A stretch of 64,000 nucleotides of DNA from Puccinia triticina. Taxonomy: Eukaryota. Each line of letters opens with the position of its first letter. Position 1 is the stretch's first letter. This document shows positions 25,169 through 39,266 of the stretch, piece by piece. Made by a program: the position numbers and the translations under genes. Below the pieces are notes generated by a model, which saw only the letters and a program-made list of their open reading frames with translations, was not told where the DNA came from and made no database searches. Location of the stretch: contig CP110440.1 in assembly GCA_026914245.1 (NCBI GenBank), positions 2,976,001 through 3,040,000 on the forward strand, given 5' to 3'.

Positions 25169-26400
25169 ATGGCATCATCCTCCAAATCTAAGACGATCGC
25201 CATCCTGCCCACCCACAACACACTCGAGGAGAGCTGGAACCTTCTCAGGGAAGGGACCGATCAGATGATGACTCGGCCGGACAAAGGGATGACCTATGCC
25301 AAATATATGCAACTCTACACGGTCTTTGGTATGTTCTCTTACAAATCATCCAAGCTCTAAAATGACTCTCCTGCTGATATCTGGTTCCTGGCTTGACAGA
25401 CATGGCGCTCTGCAAAGATTTGAATGACCAATTCAAGGAACGGATGGCACAGACGCACGATGCATCCGATCTTTCAGGCAAGCATTGCACAGATGGCTTG
25501 GCCCGGACCTGCACGCCAAGACTGACATGTGGCTGGTTGTTGGGAATGGTTGACAGTCTATTTCCATGCGCTGGCACTGGCAACGGGCTCTTGGCCATTG
25601 CAAGCGCCCACGACTGGGCTGACGATCCCAATTGAGCTTGCCCCGACGTACGAGCGGTTCTCGCTCTACTACCAGAACAAAAGCTGACCTGGCTGTGGCA
25701 GCTGTTGCGGATGGAGCTGAAGACAAACTACACAAAGACAAAGTACACGTTCATGGTCTCAAGCTACCAGGGGGCGATTCTGCTGCAGTTCAACGTTGGT
25801 GGGGACAGTCTCGCGTATTCGGAAATCTCTGGGGGAACCGGGCTGGATGAGGCAACGCTCAAGCCAAACCTGGCGCTGCTTGTCAAGCAGAAAGTGTTGA
25901 CGCAGGATGAGGATACGTATGATCTGAATTTGGGTCAGTCTTGACTGGCGGATGTTGGAGATGGGAGCGAGCAAATGTTGAGGGAGTGGAGGTGGATGGC
26001 TGACTGACGATCTGCTTGGTTGAACGTGATGTGTTGATGGACGGGTGGTGGGCTAGAGTTCAAGTCAAAGAAGATCCGAGTTAGTCTCAATGCGCCCATC
26101 AAGGCTGAGCAAAAGGCCGAGTCTGCTGATGTGATGAAGACGGTGGACAAGGACCAAAAGATGCTTATCCAGGCACTTATTGTCAGGTAAGCAAGGGCTT
26201 GGCACATTCACGATCTACCAACCAGCCCAGGAAATCTACTGCAAACAATGCCCATGACCGGCTGATGGTGTTGTTTGTTTGCAACACACAGGATAATGAA
26301 ATCTCGCAAGACTTTGAAGCACCAAGCCCTGATCCAAGAATTGATTGGCCAGCTCGCGCCGCGCTTCAAGCCGTTGGTGGTAGACATCAAGAAGGCGATC
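25169..26400 (+). pseudogene. CUL1: Internally deleted cullin-1 copy with introns
   Basis: N-terminal LEESWNLLREGTDQMM..YAKYMQLYT joined to DMALCKDLN..LTWLWQL..FKSKKIRV..IVRIMKSRKTLKHQALI; GT-AG introns retained; C-terminus truncated. Confidence 0.88.
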
Positions 26401-27222
26401 CTCCTCTCCTACAATGGCACCAGCTACAAATTTCCAAGTTGCCGCCCATCTACGCGGTCGCGGGGTTTGGTGGGGACCTTCAAGACCATCCTGTGCTCTA
26501 CATACCTTGTGTTGTGTCCTGTTTTATTGCGCCAAAGATGTACGGAAATCGTACTAGTACAACAAAGGTGAGGGAAGCTGTGATTGAAGCACATCATGGC
26601 TACAAACATGGAGTTTGAGGATGTTTTTGTGGGCTCTGAGGCGCGGGCGCGCTGTCGCATCGCGCCGCCGGAGTCTGATTGAGCGACTTGTGACCTCCGG
26701 ATATGGGCGGACAAGCTGAATTCTACAAAGTTTTACTTGGACAATAACGGGCTCGTCGACAAGATCAATCATTTTGGCTCAAACTCGAAAACAAAGCACC
26801 TACAAGGAAAAATATCATTGACAATTAGAGCGTAGCCTACTCAGCTAGGCGCAGTTAGCTCCTAGACCAAGATGAGCCTCAGTGTCTAGATCCGCAGGGT
26901 GAAGTCTTGATACATTCTAAGCAAAGACTGAGTTTTTCTCAACTTGTGAATTGAGGCCAGCATAAGTTTGGCTGCCTTTGCTGTAGCTCAAAACCGCTAG
27001 CTCATTGTCTTGGCACATCCATTTGCTTTTCTAGCCTGGCTCATGACGAGCTATGTTAAGTAGGGGCCCCAAATCACCTGTTTGCTATATAAACATCTGC
27101 AAAGGTTGTGTGCAACATTAGTCGTTTCTTCAGCGAGGCTTCAATATTAATTCTTCACATCTTTTTCTTGACGAGTTTGCAAGGCTGTACACACATTTCG
27201 CACGAGAACCTTTTTTCATCTC

Positions 27223-28429
27223 ATGTCTGAAGCCGGATCCTCTTCAACAGGCCCGGATGCCAAGATACATGAAAAAATCAGCGGCACAATGGAAGACCAT
27301 GGATTATTACTCCGCCAGAAAGAGATCTTGATTCAATTCCCGGATGAGGTAGAATTTCTTAGTCAAATTTTTGTTCTGAATTTAATTCTCATAAATGTCT
27401 CTCTTAGTGTGATTCCTATGCCTTGCAAACCTATTCTAAGACCGACTACGATGAAGCAGCTCTTTGGGAAGAAAACGAAAAACTCAAGGCCGATTTGAAA
27501 AAGCTTCAGAAAAAGGAAAGTAAGCTTTCACGAGACAAAAAAGTAATTATAAATCAGCTACAACACAGTGAAGAGGTCAGATATGCCTTGGAGGGAGAAC
27601 TGGATGATGTTCGCAATCAGTGTAATGGAAAAAAGAAAAGTTTGGATGTGGCCTTGAGTGCGTCTTCATTCCAAAAGCACAAAAATCCCACTCTTTCTTA
27701 CTCACCTCTACTCATATTTTGCAGAGGAACTGCGTTCGGCAAATTACAAATTAGAATCTATGACATCAAAGTGGCAAATTTCCCAGCATGAACTAGGCAT
27801 GCATGTTGCCAAGATGAAGGGGGAGAAGGAAACAGAGGTGCAACTTTTATCTGACAACAAGAGTAGACCTAATTATGTGCTGATGGCAAGTGTACTAGGA
27901 ATTTGATGGCGAAATGCGTGTCAAACAGCTGCTTTGCAGCTTGCAAGAACTTCCGCTCAGAAACATCGAGTATCAGAATTTGGTCATATCCCATGAAGCA
28001 TCCATCCTCAAGTTGAAGGAAACAATTGGCATATCAGCCGCATCAAAAGATTCAAAAATGGAAGCTGCTGTTGAAGTCTTGCTTTCTGATGAAATTTCCT
28101 CTCAAGACAGCAAATCTACGTCTGATAAGGACAAAACGACTAAGACAAACACACACACGGCTTCCAATGAGGGACAGAATTTGATCATCCCAACTGGGAC
28201 TGTTCTTCATGCCGAAGTGAAGAAATATTCTTGGAAATTACTATTGAGAAAGTTGGTAAACATCTCAGAGATTACTAGATGTTTTTCTTATTGTCTGTGT
28301 GCCGGAGGATTTGTTGTGTTTTGTGCTGCTGTTTTCCATATTTTCAGAGATCGGAAGAGTGATGATGCAAGAGTAAACGCATGGTTGTACTTGAAAAATA
28401 AAATTGATGTAAGGAACAACATACTGTAA
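27223..28429 (+). CDS. Hypothetical 339-aa coiled-coil protein with C-terminal hydrophobic segment; exons 27223-27348, 27408-27657, 27725-27837, 27899-28429
   Basis: Three GT-AG introns of 59-67 nt splice into one open frame; TATATAAA at about 27086; heptad-like K/E-rich region. Confidence 0.7.
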
Positions 28430-29732
28430 TATATGGTTTCTCTTGGTCTACATCTAAAGAGAATACAGAATGATGAATAAAGAGAGGTGCTGAGAGTGGC
28501 AAAGAATGAGAATAGGTGGTTGCCTATTCCAGTTTATACAGGGTCGGGGACCCAGGACATCACAGATGACGCACATCCATAAACCGCTGCACTGCGGCTA
28601 AATGTAGCTCACAGGCGCTTTTGCCCCAAGGTGAAAAGCGCAAGCGCATGGCAAAACAGGATGGACCATCATTGACCTTAGACTGCTTGGTGTTTGGCCC
28701 TTGCTATAATACAAGGAGGCACCCCAAGGGCGGGTGCCTCCAGGGTGTGTTACACAACACTACCCATTGTTAGGTCCCATTGTAATGTTCCAGGGAGTGT
28801 TACACAACACTGCCCATTATAAGTGATGGCAAAGTGAAGGCAACATACTGACATAATATGATGGTATAGTTGACCAATATATAAATCTCAAGTAGTAATT
28901 CAATTAAATAAAGCTCAAGCTCTTTTAAGAAAAAACTTGACCAGTGCCTTATGTCAGAGTTGAAGACCTAAATATTGGAGTGGGAATGAACACATGTGGG
29001 GTTAACATAAAGCTGATCATGCCTCTTATTTCCTTGTGTTACAGGAAAGGAACAGTCAGACACTGGCAAGAATCAAACAGCAAAAAACACAAGCTGGTAC
29101 GTCTCCTGCCCGTATATATTTTTTTGCACTAGACATTGTCCAATGATTTTTGCTTAGTTTGGTACACTTTTTTTTTTTGGCTGCTCAGTTTCTTCCGCGG
29201 GCAGTGAAATTTTGATTTAATTTTTTTAATAGGGAGTTGAAAAATCGACTCCCAGGAATTAATAAATCGACTCCCAAAAGTCGTTCACGTCGCGCGGGCC
29301 TTCCCGGGACGTCTCCCCTGGGTCCGCGCGACCTTGCGCGGCCCCAAAAGCATTTTGAGAGTCGGAATATTAATTCCAACGGCCAGGCTGGGAGTCGATT
29401 AATTAATTTCATTAATTAATCAAGATTGTTTTTTCGGACCCCCCACCGGGGAGTCGGAATACTAATTCCCCGCTTCAAAGCGGGAGTCAACCCCCTAAAG
29501 CCATCCCGGGGGAGCCGACGTGGATCTTGCGCACCCACAACCGTGCACACTGACTCCCAGATCAAACCGCCAACCCAACTAGACAAGACGACTAGCCTCA
29601 ATCAATTGATCCCCCCGAACGTACGCTCACCGCACGCCTATCTAGACAATCTAGACGCTCAGAATATCGCAAAATGCGCTCCCCCTCACAGAAATAGCCT
29701 CCCCGGCCTCTCACTCGCACTCGGACGCAAAC

Positions 29733-32700
29733 TTGGACCCGGATCTGCTCAAACTGACCCAAGAACTCCTAGCCCAAAAAAATGACGATGAAGATAAAGA
29801 AAGTGAAGAAAAAGAAGACTCTGAAGATGATGATCAAAACAAAGAGAAAGAAGAAACTCAAGATCAAATTTATAATGAGTTAAAAGCTGAAATATTGTTA
29901 GAATCTTGTTTAGATATCCTTGAAAAAACTAGTGAAAGTTGTACATTAGATGAAACCCCTGCTAGAAATGAAAAAACCGCGAAAAATGATGAAAAACCAA
30001 AAAAAAATCAAGAAAAAGAAGAAATCAACCAAAAAAAGATCAAAAATCACAAAGAAAAAGCTCAAAAAAATTCTGAGGATATATCTGAGAAAACTGAGAA
30101 GAGAGACGACAATGAGGAGTACCATACAGACGCAGAAGAAGAAGACGCCAAAGATCCTGCGGCACAATTTGTTGTGAATTTCAATGAAGACAAATTTGAG
30201 GTTGATCCGGAGACCGGCGATCCCCGTTACACATTTCCCGTGCCTCCCGCTGGTGATTACGCAAATCTGGAGGAGATAACCGCTGTGCTAAGAGATGTCG
30301 CTGTCCGTCACAGGTATGGCATTGCTACCAGAAGGAGTGTAGCGGGGAAAAGCAAGACCTGGAAGTGTGACAGGTGAGTTTTTTTGTTATTTTTTGATCT
30401 CTTGTGCCAGTGTGCACCTTTCTTTTGCCGCAAAAAACTTCACCTTGCAAATTTTTCACAATTTTTGTCCTGACTCCGGTTTTTTACTTCCCGACTCCCA
30501 TTTTTAATCTTCCGACTCCCATTTTTTGTTACCCGACTCCCAAAGTTTATTTTCCAACTCCCATGTTTAATTTTCCAACTCCCACAATTTCTTTTCAACT
30601 CCCATTGGCTTTAGCTGTGGGCTGATATTATTCATCTATTTTTTTGAATTTTAGGGGCGGGCATCCAGATCAAAATAGACAACCTGGCGAAGCGCACGCC
30701 AAGACTGAATCAACAAGATTAATCAACTGCCCGTTTGCCACGGCGGCCTACTTCCAGAAGAAGACCAATGTCTGGAAATTATGCATCAAGAACCCGTGTC
30801 ACAACCATCCGCCGTCCTTGTATGCTGCCGCACACACTTCAAATAGAAAGCTGACTCTGTCACTGTACAAAGAAATGAAGAAACTTGGTGAATCTGGCTT
30901 AAGACCCGCAGCTATTCTAGAAGCACTCAAGAAGACTCACCCCAACGAAAAAATTCTAGCAACTGTCAGTACCATCTACGCGGCCCGCAGGAAGGCTCAA
31001 CTAGAATCTCTCCAAGGTCTCAGCCCCGTGGCTCATCTCAACCAAACTTTACGCAACACGGATTTCACCACGGACACAAAAGTCAACGATGAAGGCACAC
31101 TCAAGGCGCTATTCTTTTGTCACGCACAATCTGTCGAATTGCTCACAGCCTACCACCACGTCATCCTTCTTGATTGCACGTACAAGACAAACAAATACCG
31201 GATGCCCTTGCTGCATGTGTCAGGAATCACCGGCGCAAACAAGACTTTCAGCGTGGCTTTCTGTTTCATGGCTGAGGAAACCGAAATATTCTACGATTGG
31301 GCTCTCAAAGCTTTGCTAGCGGTCTTCGAATCCCACAATATTCCTCTCCCGGCTGTTGTCCTTACTGATTGAGAACAAGCGCTGATGAACTCCCTCCATG
31401 CCACCTTCCCCAAAGCCGATCTCATGCTCTGCGCGTGGCATATCCAGAAGAATCTCCTCGCCAAAGCCTCAAAATTAATCAAGGATCAAGCTCAAGAGAA
31501 GGAAATGCTTGGTTATTGGTCAAATTTGGTAAAATTGCGAACTCAGGCTGATTTCCGCTCGTCTTTCAACCGATTCTCAACAAAATACGGTCCAGCTTTC
31601 CAAAAATACATCACAGAAACCTGGCTCCCTGTTGCGGAGCATTATTCAAACGGCTGGACTTGAAATTTGGCGCATTTTGACAACCAAACAACATCTTGAA
31701 TGGAATCGGCCCATGCATTCATCAAGTCTCATCTTCTCGGCCCCCAGCACAGCTTTTCCTCAGTCATTACGCTCATCAGTAATGCTCTGGAGTCTCAATT
31801 CCACAAAATAGCCGCAAAATTCCATCAGCAGAAGATCACAACGCTGCGCTACCTTCCCAAGTTGTTCCACGACTGCCGAGGCGTTATCACAAATTACGCA
31901 CTCCGCAAGGCCTTCAACAATTTCTTGGAAGCCAAAAACCTTGGAGAAAAGGATCAGTGCCATGGTGATTATTTGGATCGCATGGGGATCCCTTGCAAGC
32001 ACCAAATTGCTGAAATCATGGCCGCGGGCGAGAGGCTTAGCCCTGGGTTGTTTCATGCCCAATGGCATATTCAGGTGAGCCACGCTTCTTATTTAATCTT
32101 GCGCTCTTTTTTCCTTCTTTGGTCATTTGCGGTCTTGGCGCGCGGAAGCGCGCATTTGCCTTGGGCGTCGTCATTTTAATTCTGGGAGTCGGTTTTTTAA
32201 TTCTGGGAGTCAGGAATTTAATTATGGGAGTCGGGAAATTAATCCTGGGAGTTGGGTGAAAAATCATGGGGGTCGGGAATATTTTGGAGCTAACTCTCAC
32301 TGTCTGTCCCTCCCTCTGATCTAGAGCATGCGCCCCACCCCAAAACACAAAAAGGAAGAGGCCCTCTCAACCATTGACTCCATCAAAGAGAAACTCCTTG
32401 CGATGAACCCCGCCCAGCTTGACCTTCAATTGGCCGCAATCAACCGCATTCTTGAGGGCACAGGGACCGTAATTGACATCAAGCTGCCAACTGAAGCCCA
32501 AAAAACGCGCGGAAGACCCAAAGGGGCGCCAAACAAACCCAAAACAACTCGCCGGGACCCGTCTGTCTGCCTTTGAACATGTCAAAAAAAAGCGACAAAT
32601 TGAAGAGAAACAAGTCCAGAAGAACAAGAAAGCCAAGATTGAACCACAGAAGGCCGCCATAAAGAAAAAAGAAGATGAAAAGATGATTGAAGATCAGAAA

Positions 32701-33696
32701 CCAAAGAGAGGACGCCCCCTCATCAAAAAATCAGTTGCAGAAGAACCATTGAAGAAGAAGGTACTTCCCGCGCGCAAAAGCAAATCAGCCCCGCCAAAAG
32801 AGCCAGAATCATCCCCACCCCCGCCAGAAAAACCTCTAGACAACCCATTGCTGCGGCCTCCAACAAAGAAACCTCTAGAAAAACAGCCCCCGCCAAAAAC
32901 CCTCCAGCAAAAGCCCGCACCACCAAAAAAGCAGGAAGATGTCTCTGAAGATGAAGAACAACTGGTACCCAAGAGGAAATTCCGCCCAATCAAGAAAGCT
33001 CACCGGCTCCCTCCATCTCCATCTCCTTCAACACCAGATGTAACACCTCCTCCACCGCCAGTTGAACCGGCTCCTGAAGTCCCTGCTGAGCAAGAACCTC
33101 TGGAAATTCCTTCTTTCATTTTGTCCCTTCCAATTTTAATTCAACAAAGTGTCCTGAAGGTCTTAAATGTTGATGCGGATGGACACTGTGGATTCTGAGC
33201 GGTTGCTTGGGCTTTGGGACGTGGACAGGGCAATTATATGCGGATCCGGGAAGAAATGATTGACGAACTCAAGAACCACCGTCAATGGTATATCGACCAC
33301 AAATTTTTTCACAATATCGACAGCGTAGTGAACCAACTTACTGCGACTCAAGGCCCCGTGGGTAGGAGTAAGTGGATGTCTTTTCCAACAATGGGTGATG
33401 TGATGGCCAACACGTTCAAGACAGAGGTTTTTTACTTCTCCACTGGCTGGTCTCAGACTTTCTTACCACATTTCTGCCCCCCAAACAATAACCCACCCAT
33501 CTTCATTGCTCTTGTTGACAATCATTTTGTTCCCCTTGTTATGCAAACCGCCGTCCTCTTTCCTGCTCCCCAGCTTCTTTGTAAGGATTGGGCTCCCAAA
33601 GCTACTCCTGATGCTCTGCGATGGGAGCAAAGGTTTTCTGTCTGTTTTGATTGTACTGTAGGCCGGAAGCTCTTGCAACCTGTTACACGTTACTAG
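29733..33696 (+). pseudogene. MULE transposase with SWIM-like finger, RGRP AT-hook-like motifs and C-terminal OTU-like protease
   Basis: LLDCTYKTNKY, LTD*EQAL, LCAWHIQKN, GIPCKH, DADGHCGF*A..NHFV; TGA stops at 31369, 31661, 31697, 33196; introns near 30374 and 32075. Confidence 0.9.
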
Positions 33697-34139
33697 TTGT
33701 ATCCAATTTTTATATCTTTTTTAGTTTGTGTTGTCTTTTGGTTTTGCCCATCATATGCATACATGAATATTAAAATTTTTTTCACTTTCCATTCTTACAA
33801 TGTTTATTCCTTTGCTCCTTTTTGCTCTAAGGCTATTTTGGCAAAAAAAAAGGTCTTTCTTGCCGCCAAAAGTGCTTTCGCGCAGCGTAGCGCGCGCTCT
33901 TTCGCGGTGTTAGTGCAATTGTGCGTATCTGCGCTAATGCTACTCTAAAACCTAGAATAGTTTTGCACCCTGTGCTTGTAGCGTGAGCGCCAATGTGCGC
34001 AATTGCACTAACACTACACTAAAAAATAGCACATTTGCACAGCGCTGCACTACACTGACAGCCATGGTTAGCGTAGCTGACCCACGGCTGATAGAAGGTG
34101 TGCCTGATGTGTAATAACTCCTTGGAGCTTATAATTTTT

Positions 34140-34800
34140 TCTACGGAGTGTATTCTTATGGCAGAAAAATATTAGCACCGTAGATAAGGTTTTGGGGGTT
34201 TTCCTTAGTAGGAAATCCGCCAAATCCGTCCCCAGCTACAAAGGGTCTCCCTGAGAAGTACTAATGCCTTGAAGCTTACCATATGTTTTAAAGAGTGTAA
34301 TCTTACAGATAAAAAATTTTGGGGCCATTTGGAGCACCGTAGATAAGGTTTCGTGGGTTTGCCTTAGTAGGAAATCCGCCCCCGGCTACACAGGGTCTCC
34401 CTGAGGAGTGCTAATGCCTTGAAGCTTACCATATGTTTTAAAGAGTGTAAACTTATAGCCAAAACAATTTGGGGCCATTTGGAGCACTTTAGATAAGGTT
34501 TCGGGGGTTTGCCTTAGTAGGGAATCCGCCAAATACGCCCCCGGCTACACAGGGTCTCCCTGAGGAGTGCTAATGCCTTGAAGCTTACCATATGTTTTAA
34601 AGAGTGTAAACTTATAGCCAAAAAGATTTGGGGCCATTTGGAGCACCGTAGATAAGGTTTCGGGGGTTTGCCTTAGTAGGAAATCCGCCAAATACGCCCC
34701 CGGCTACACAGGGTCTCCCTGAGGAGTACTAATGCCGTGAATCTCAAAATATTCTCTAAAGAGTGTATTTATATTGCTGTAAAGCTTTTAGGGCGTTTGG
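34140..34800. repeat. ~159-bp tandem repeat (4 copies) inside MULE
   Basis: gcac..tagataaggttt at 34175, 34334, 34484, 34643. Confidence 0.88.
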
Positions 34801-36362
34801 GTACAACAGTGACAAGATATAATTTTTTTTGTATATTCCGTCATTTTTTGTTAAATTAATTTATTGACTCCCATCCTTGAGAGGGGAATTAATTAATCAA
34901 CTCCCAAAATGATTTTGGGGCCGCGCGAGGTCGCGCGGACCCAGGGGAGACGTCCCGAGACGGTCCGCGCGACGTAAACGACTTTTGGGAGTCGATTTAT
35001 TAATTCCTGGGAGTCGATTTTTCAACTCCCTTTTAATATTGCTTTTCATTTTTTTGGGGGGCAAAATAATAAAAGTTTGTAGTGTGGACTGTGTCAAGTT
35101 GCTGGAGGCTGGCAGCGAACTTAGCAGAAGTCCATCCAAGGAGGTCGAGTAGCAACCTCCAAAGGACACACACCAGGACTTGCCCCGTTGTGTAGACAAC
35201 CAGATGACCAAGTGGTAAGCCATCCAATGTATTACTTGTGGTGACTTTGCCGGGCTCTTTCAGTGGATTGTAAAAAAGGTTAATTTATGTTATATAGCAC
35301 CTGAGTGAATGAGCCAAATTCCTTCAGCGACCTAGCCATCTACCACACAGCTTACCTTGCAAAAATAATCCAAACCCCTCTTTCAAGCACAACTTATTTT
35401 GGCACTTCACCATGGCGCCAGCCTTCTGGATACTCTGCCGATGCAACCAATGTACTAAACTCAGTCACCTGAATGCTGATGGAAGAAAGGTTCTTGGGCG
35501 TGAATGGAACAAAAACTCGTCAACTTACAAGCAACACCTGAAGAATCACCCAGCCAAAGTATCTGCTTCCTGTTCTGACACCTGCCATCAAGAATAAGAT
35601 CGACATGGAAAGAAGAAACACACTGGAATTGAAGTGCCTCAGGCTGTGTTACAAACTTCAAGACCCCAAGTCCCTCAGGAACTCCGTGAGCCAAGGCCAT
35701 CACTGCCTCCAAATCTGGATCACAAAATCACCTCTTGGGTGGGCCAAACCGTTGACTGTGGTATGTTGCACTGTTGATGGACCCTTCTGAACACATTTTA
35801 TGACTAGGAAATTATATGTGTATACTCAGCAAACTACGGATACTTTTACAACTATTTTACCCAAGTGGCTCACCCAAAATGCCAGTCCAGCGTCCTTCTA
35901 GCGGCATGTCAATACTTCTTCCTTCATCTCAACTCCAAAGGTATAAACTCCACCCTTGCCTGCTTGAAAGTTATTCTATCAGACTTGAAAATACCACCCC
36001 AACAGCTCTATATGCCTGGTGATATTTGAAAAATCATACAAGACTTCCAATTGACTCCAGAAATCAAAGAACAATCTGCTGCCCCCGGTTCTTCTACCTC
36101 TATCCAGTTCATGACCCTCCCCATGCGTGTACTGCCCGAGCCACACGAAGGAGTCAAAAGTGCCTTGAACCGCTGTACAAGTCGGGTAACCATGACTCAA
36201 ACAGTCCTCAAGTCTGTCGATACTTCTCTACTCAATCATTTACTGATTGGTTGGCTTGTTTCTTGGCTTGACCTGGAATTGAAGACCTTCTTGAAGAATC
36301 ACTTTCAACAACTAGAGAAAATGCCTCTATAAGTGATATTTGGGATTCCAACATGTGGAAGA

Positions 36363-36450
36363 TATTGAACAAGTGAAAAGAAAGGCCCGAGTGAAGTGGG
36401 TGTTGAACCCACAAACTCCTGTACTGTGAGAGTTGAACTCACATACTCAA

Positions 36451-36487
<37 letters not shown>

Positions 36488-36610
36488 ACATTGCTATGTT
36501 GCAGTTGAATACAGTAGATGTATGCTTATGATGATGTGTGGTGTTGCCCCAATGGTGATTGGATGTGTAAGCAACAATGTGTTAAGCAGTGCTAGATTGA
36601 CACTTCAACA
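36363..36610. mobile_element. Solo LTR (248 bp)
   Basis: TATTGAA...TTCAACA termini, TSD GAAGA; removal restores MWKTLKDPDG. Confidence 0.82.
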
Positions 36611-38504
36611 GAAGACTCTCAAAGATCCCGATGGCCAACAGTTTACTAGCTACTCAGGGAATCTTGTGTTTTCTCTGAATGTTGACTGGTTCAACCCATG
36701 TGGAAACAAGACTGCTGGGAAGCATATATCACTTGGTACAATTGCGTTGATATGTTTGAACTTACCACCTCACCTTCAAGCTTCTCATGACAATATCTTC
36801 TTGGCTGGATTGACACCTGGACCCTCCAAACCCTCTGTCACTCAGATAAACCATGTACTAGAGCCCTTAATCAAAGAATTGAAGGAACTCTGGAAGGGAG
36901 TAAAATTTATCTTGACTCCCAATTTCCCTCAAGGCCGCATCATCAAAGTCATTCTTGGACCAATAGTTTGTGATTTTCCAGCAATTTGTAAAGTCCTGGG
37001 AATGGCAGGCCATAGTTCCAATAAGAATATGTGCTCTTGGTGTTGTGTATCAAAAGGAAAAATAAACTGTGTTGATCTTGAACAAATACGTCCACGAAAA
37101 GCTCAAGTAAACAGGAGGCAGGCAAACAACTGGAAGAATGTAATCACTCTTGACAAAGGCAAAAAAAAAATTGCGGCTTATGGAGTTTGCTATTCTATAC
37201 TGTACAAGCTGCCATACTTTGATCCTCTGGCGAATGCCATTGTCGAACCAATGCATAACATATTTCTTGGACTGCTCAAACATCACGGTCAAGCTCTTTT
37301 TGGACTGAAGAGCTTGGAGAAGAACTCATCAAAAAATACATGTTTCCAACCCAAATCCTCAACCATGTGCGAAAGCAGTTCTGACAAAGATGATTCAGAA
37401 GATTCCGAGATTCCTGGGTCCAAAAGCCATGCTTGTGAAGGCAAAGGAGAAACTTCTGCTCCTGATGACAAACAAGAAGAAACACAACCTCTGGAACAGC
37501 TGCTTGGCGCATTGGGAGGCCTACATGCTTCTGACTCTGACTTGTCTCCTCAAACCTCTAATGCAGAGTCTTCTAGTTCTGAATCAGATTCTTTCAAAAT
37601 CCAAAGCTCCCAAACCAGTAACCATGAAGATTCTACTGAGCTCAACCCCCTTGGTACAAGGTTTTTTGAAAAGGAAGAGAATCTTCAAATACTGCGCGAC
37701 ATCAACACCAAATTTACTCTCCCAAGTTGGATTGGTCGTGTGCCATCAACAATAGGCAGTGCCAAGGGTGGAAAGCTCAAGGCGGATGAATGGGTCATAC
37801 TGTTTGAAATTGTAATGATCCCAACTCTAATCCACATTCTTTTCAAAAACTCCCATGAAATTTTCCAGACTGGTCTTTTTCAAAACTTGCTTCATCTAAG
37901 CAGTATAACAAACATTGTCCGAAGTCTAGATATAACACATGATGTCATTGAAGCCTTACGTTTTCATCTCAAATCCTATTGACAAGGGCTTTTGGAACTA
38001 TTTCCATCCTTTTCTACAAAGCCAAACCATCACTACGCTCTTCATCTTCCTGATTGTCTCTCTCAGTTTGGTCCCGCACCACAGTGGACAGCATGGTCAT
38101 TTGAGAGGTTGAATGGATCACTAGCTTCAATACCCACAAACAACCACATTGGCAAGTTATTTATTCAAATAAAGTCTCAAATCATTATTTTTCTGTTAGA
38201 AAGCTAATGTTTTCATTCCTTTTAGAATCACGGGATCTGACCATGTTGACCAGATTGGTGACGGCCCAAAATTATTGCAATCTTCTGCCGCATTTTTGTC
38301 CAAATCTTCCAACTCAAGCTTCCTGATCTCTTCTCAAATTTATCACACCAGGAAAAAGTGTTGGACAGTTTTCCCAAGCCATGAAAACCACTGACATCAA
38401 TTTTTCACAATTAAAATATGATCCCAAGAAGCTCGAGACATTAGATCTCAAAACTCACAAGAAATTTCTGGTCAGATTCAAGCAGACAATCACGAGTCAG
38501 GCGG

Positions 38505-39266
38505 TATGGAGCTCCGTCCGTGCTAGGCCGGCGGCAGCGCTGGGAGGGGAAAAAGGTGCCTGGTGGCTGCCCTCTCGGATTGGTCCAGAAGGAGTCATGC
38601 GGATTTGAATTGATAGCTTGTGGTTGGGTGGTTTTGAGAGTTCGCCGAGGGTTGGATTCTCGGCGGCGGTTTTGTTGGGGGTTCTGAGATGATTGAGGGA
38701 TTTGTCGAAGGGAAGGGGATTCTTGGGACTCGGACTCTGGACTCTGGAGATCAATAAAATTTGATGGCGGATCAGAATGCCATGCCTCTCCCCTCCTCCA
38801 AGTTCTGCGAACTTGGGCTCGGGGAGACAACATGTCACATACATTTCATCATATCCTTGCGCGCCATGCGCGCGCACACAAAATACACAAAACAGACGAG
38901 AAAACAAGAGGAAACCAGAGGACAACAGGAAACAGCGCCAAAACACAAACAGAACAAACAAACAGATCACAGCAAGATAAAACAATAGAGTAGATATAAA
39001 AGAAAACCACAGCCTAAAAGATGAGAAAGAAATGACACAACCCTGAGAGGAGAAGCAGAGAAACAGATCAAAACAAAAGACATGGAATAAACCCACAGAA
39101 CAAGCTGTGTTAGGACCAAGAAAGAAAAATGGAGAGGAAATAGAGAGGGGAGTGGAAAATAAGGGAAAGGGAAAGAAGTAATAAACTGAGCGTCTTGAGT
39201 CTTGAGAGAAGCGCCGGTGAGATTGAGAACTGGAAAAGAAACTTGACTACCGGTTTGGCCACCACA
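38505..39266. mobile_element. Solo LTR (762 bp)
   Basis: TATGG...CCACA termini, 4-bp TSD GCGG; removal restores the reading frame TSQAALCTS. Confidence 0.8.

Larger units (their letters stand above)
29232..35030 (+). mobile_element. Mutator-like (MULE) DNA transposon
   Basis: More than 130-bp TIRs starting GGGAGTTGAAAAATCGACTCCC; TTTTAATA on both flanks; MULE transposase inside. Confidence 0.92.

Noticed and set aside
36396..36610. N-terminus of the 528-aa ORF
   Set aside because: Read-through from a solo LTR; not part of the transposase
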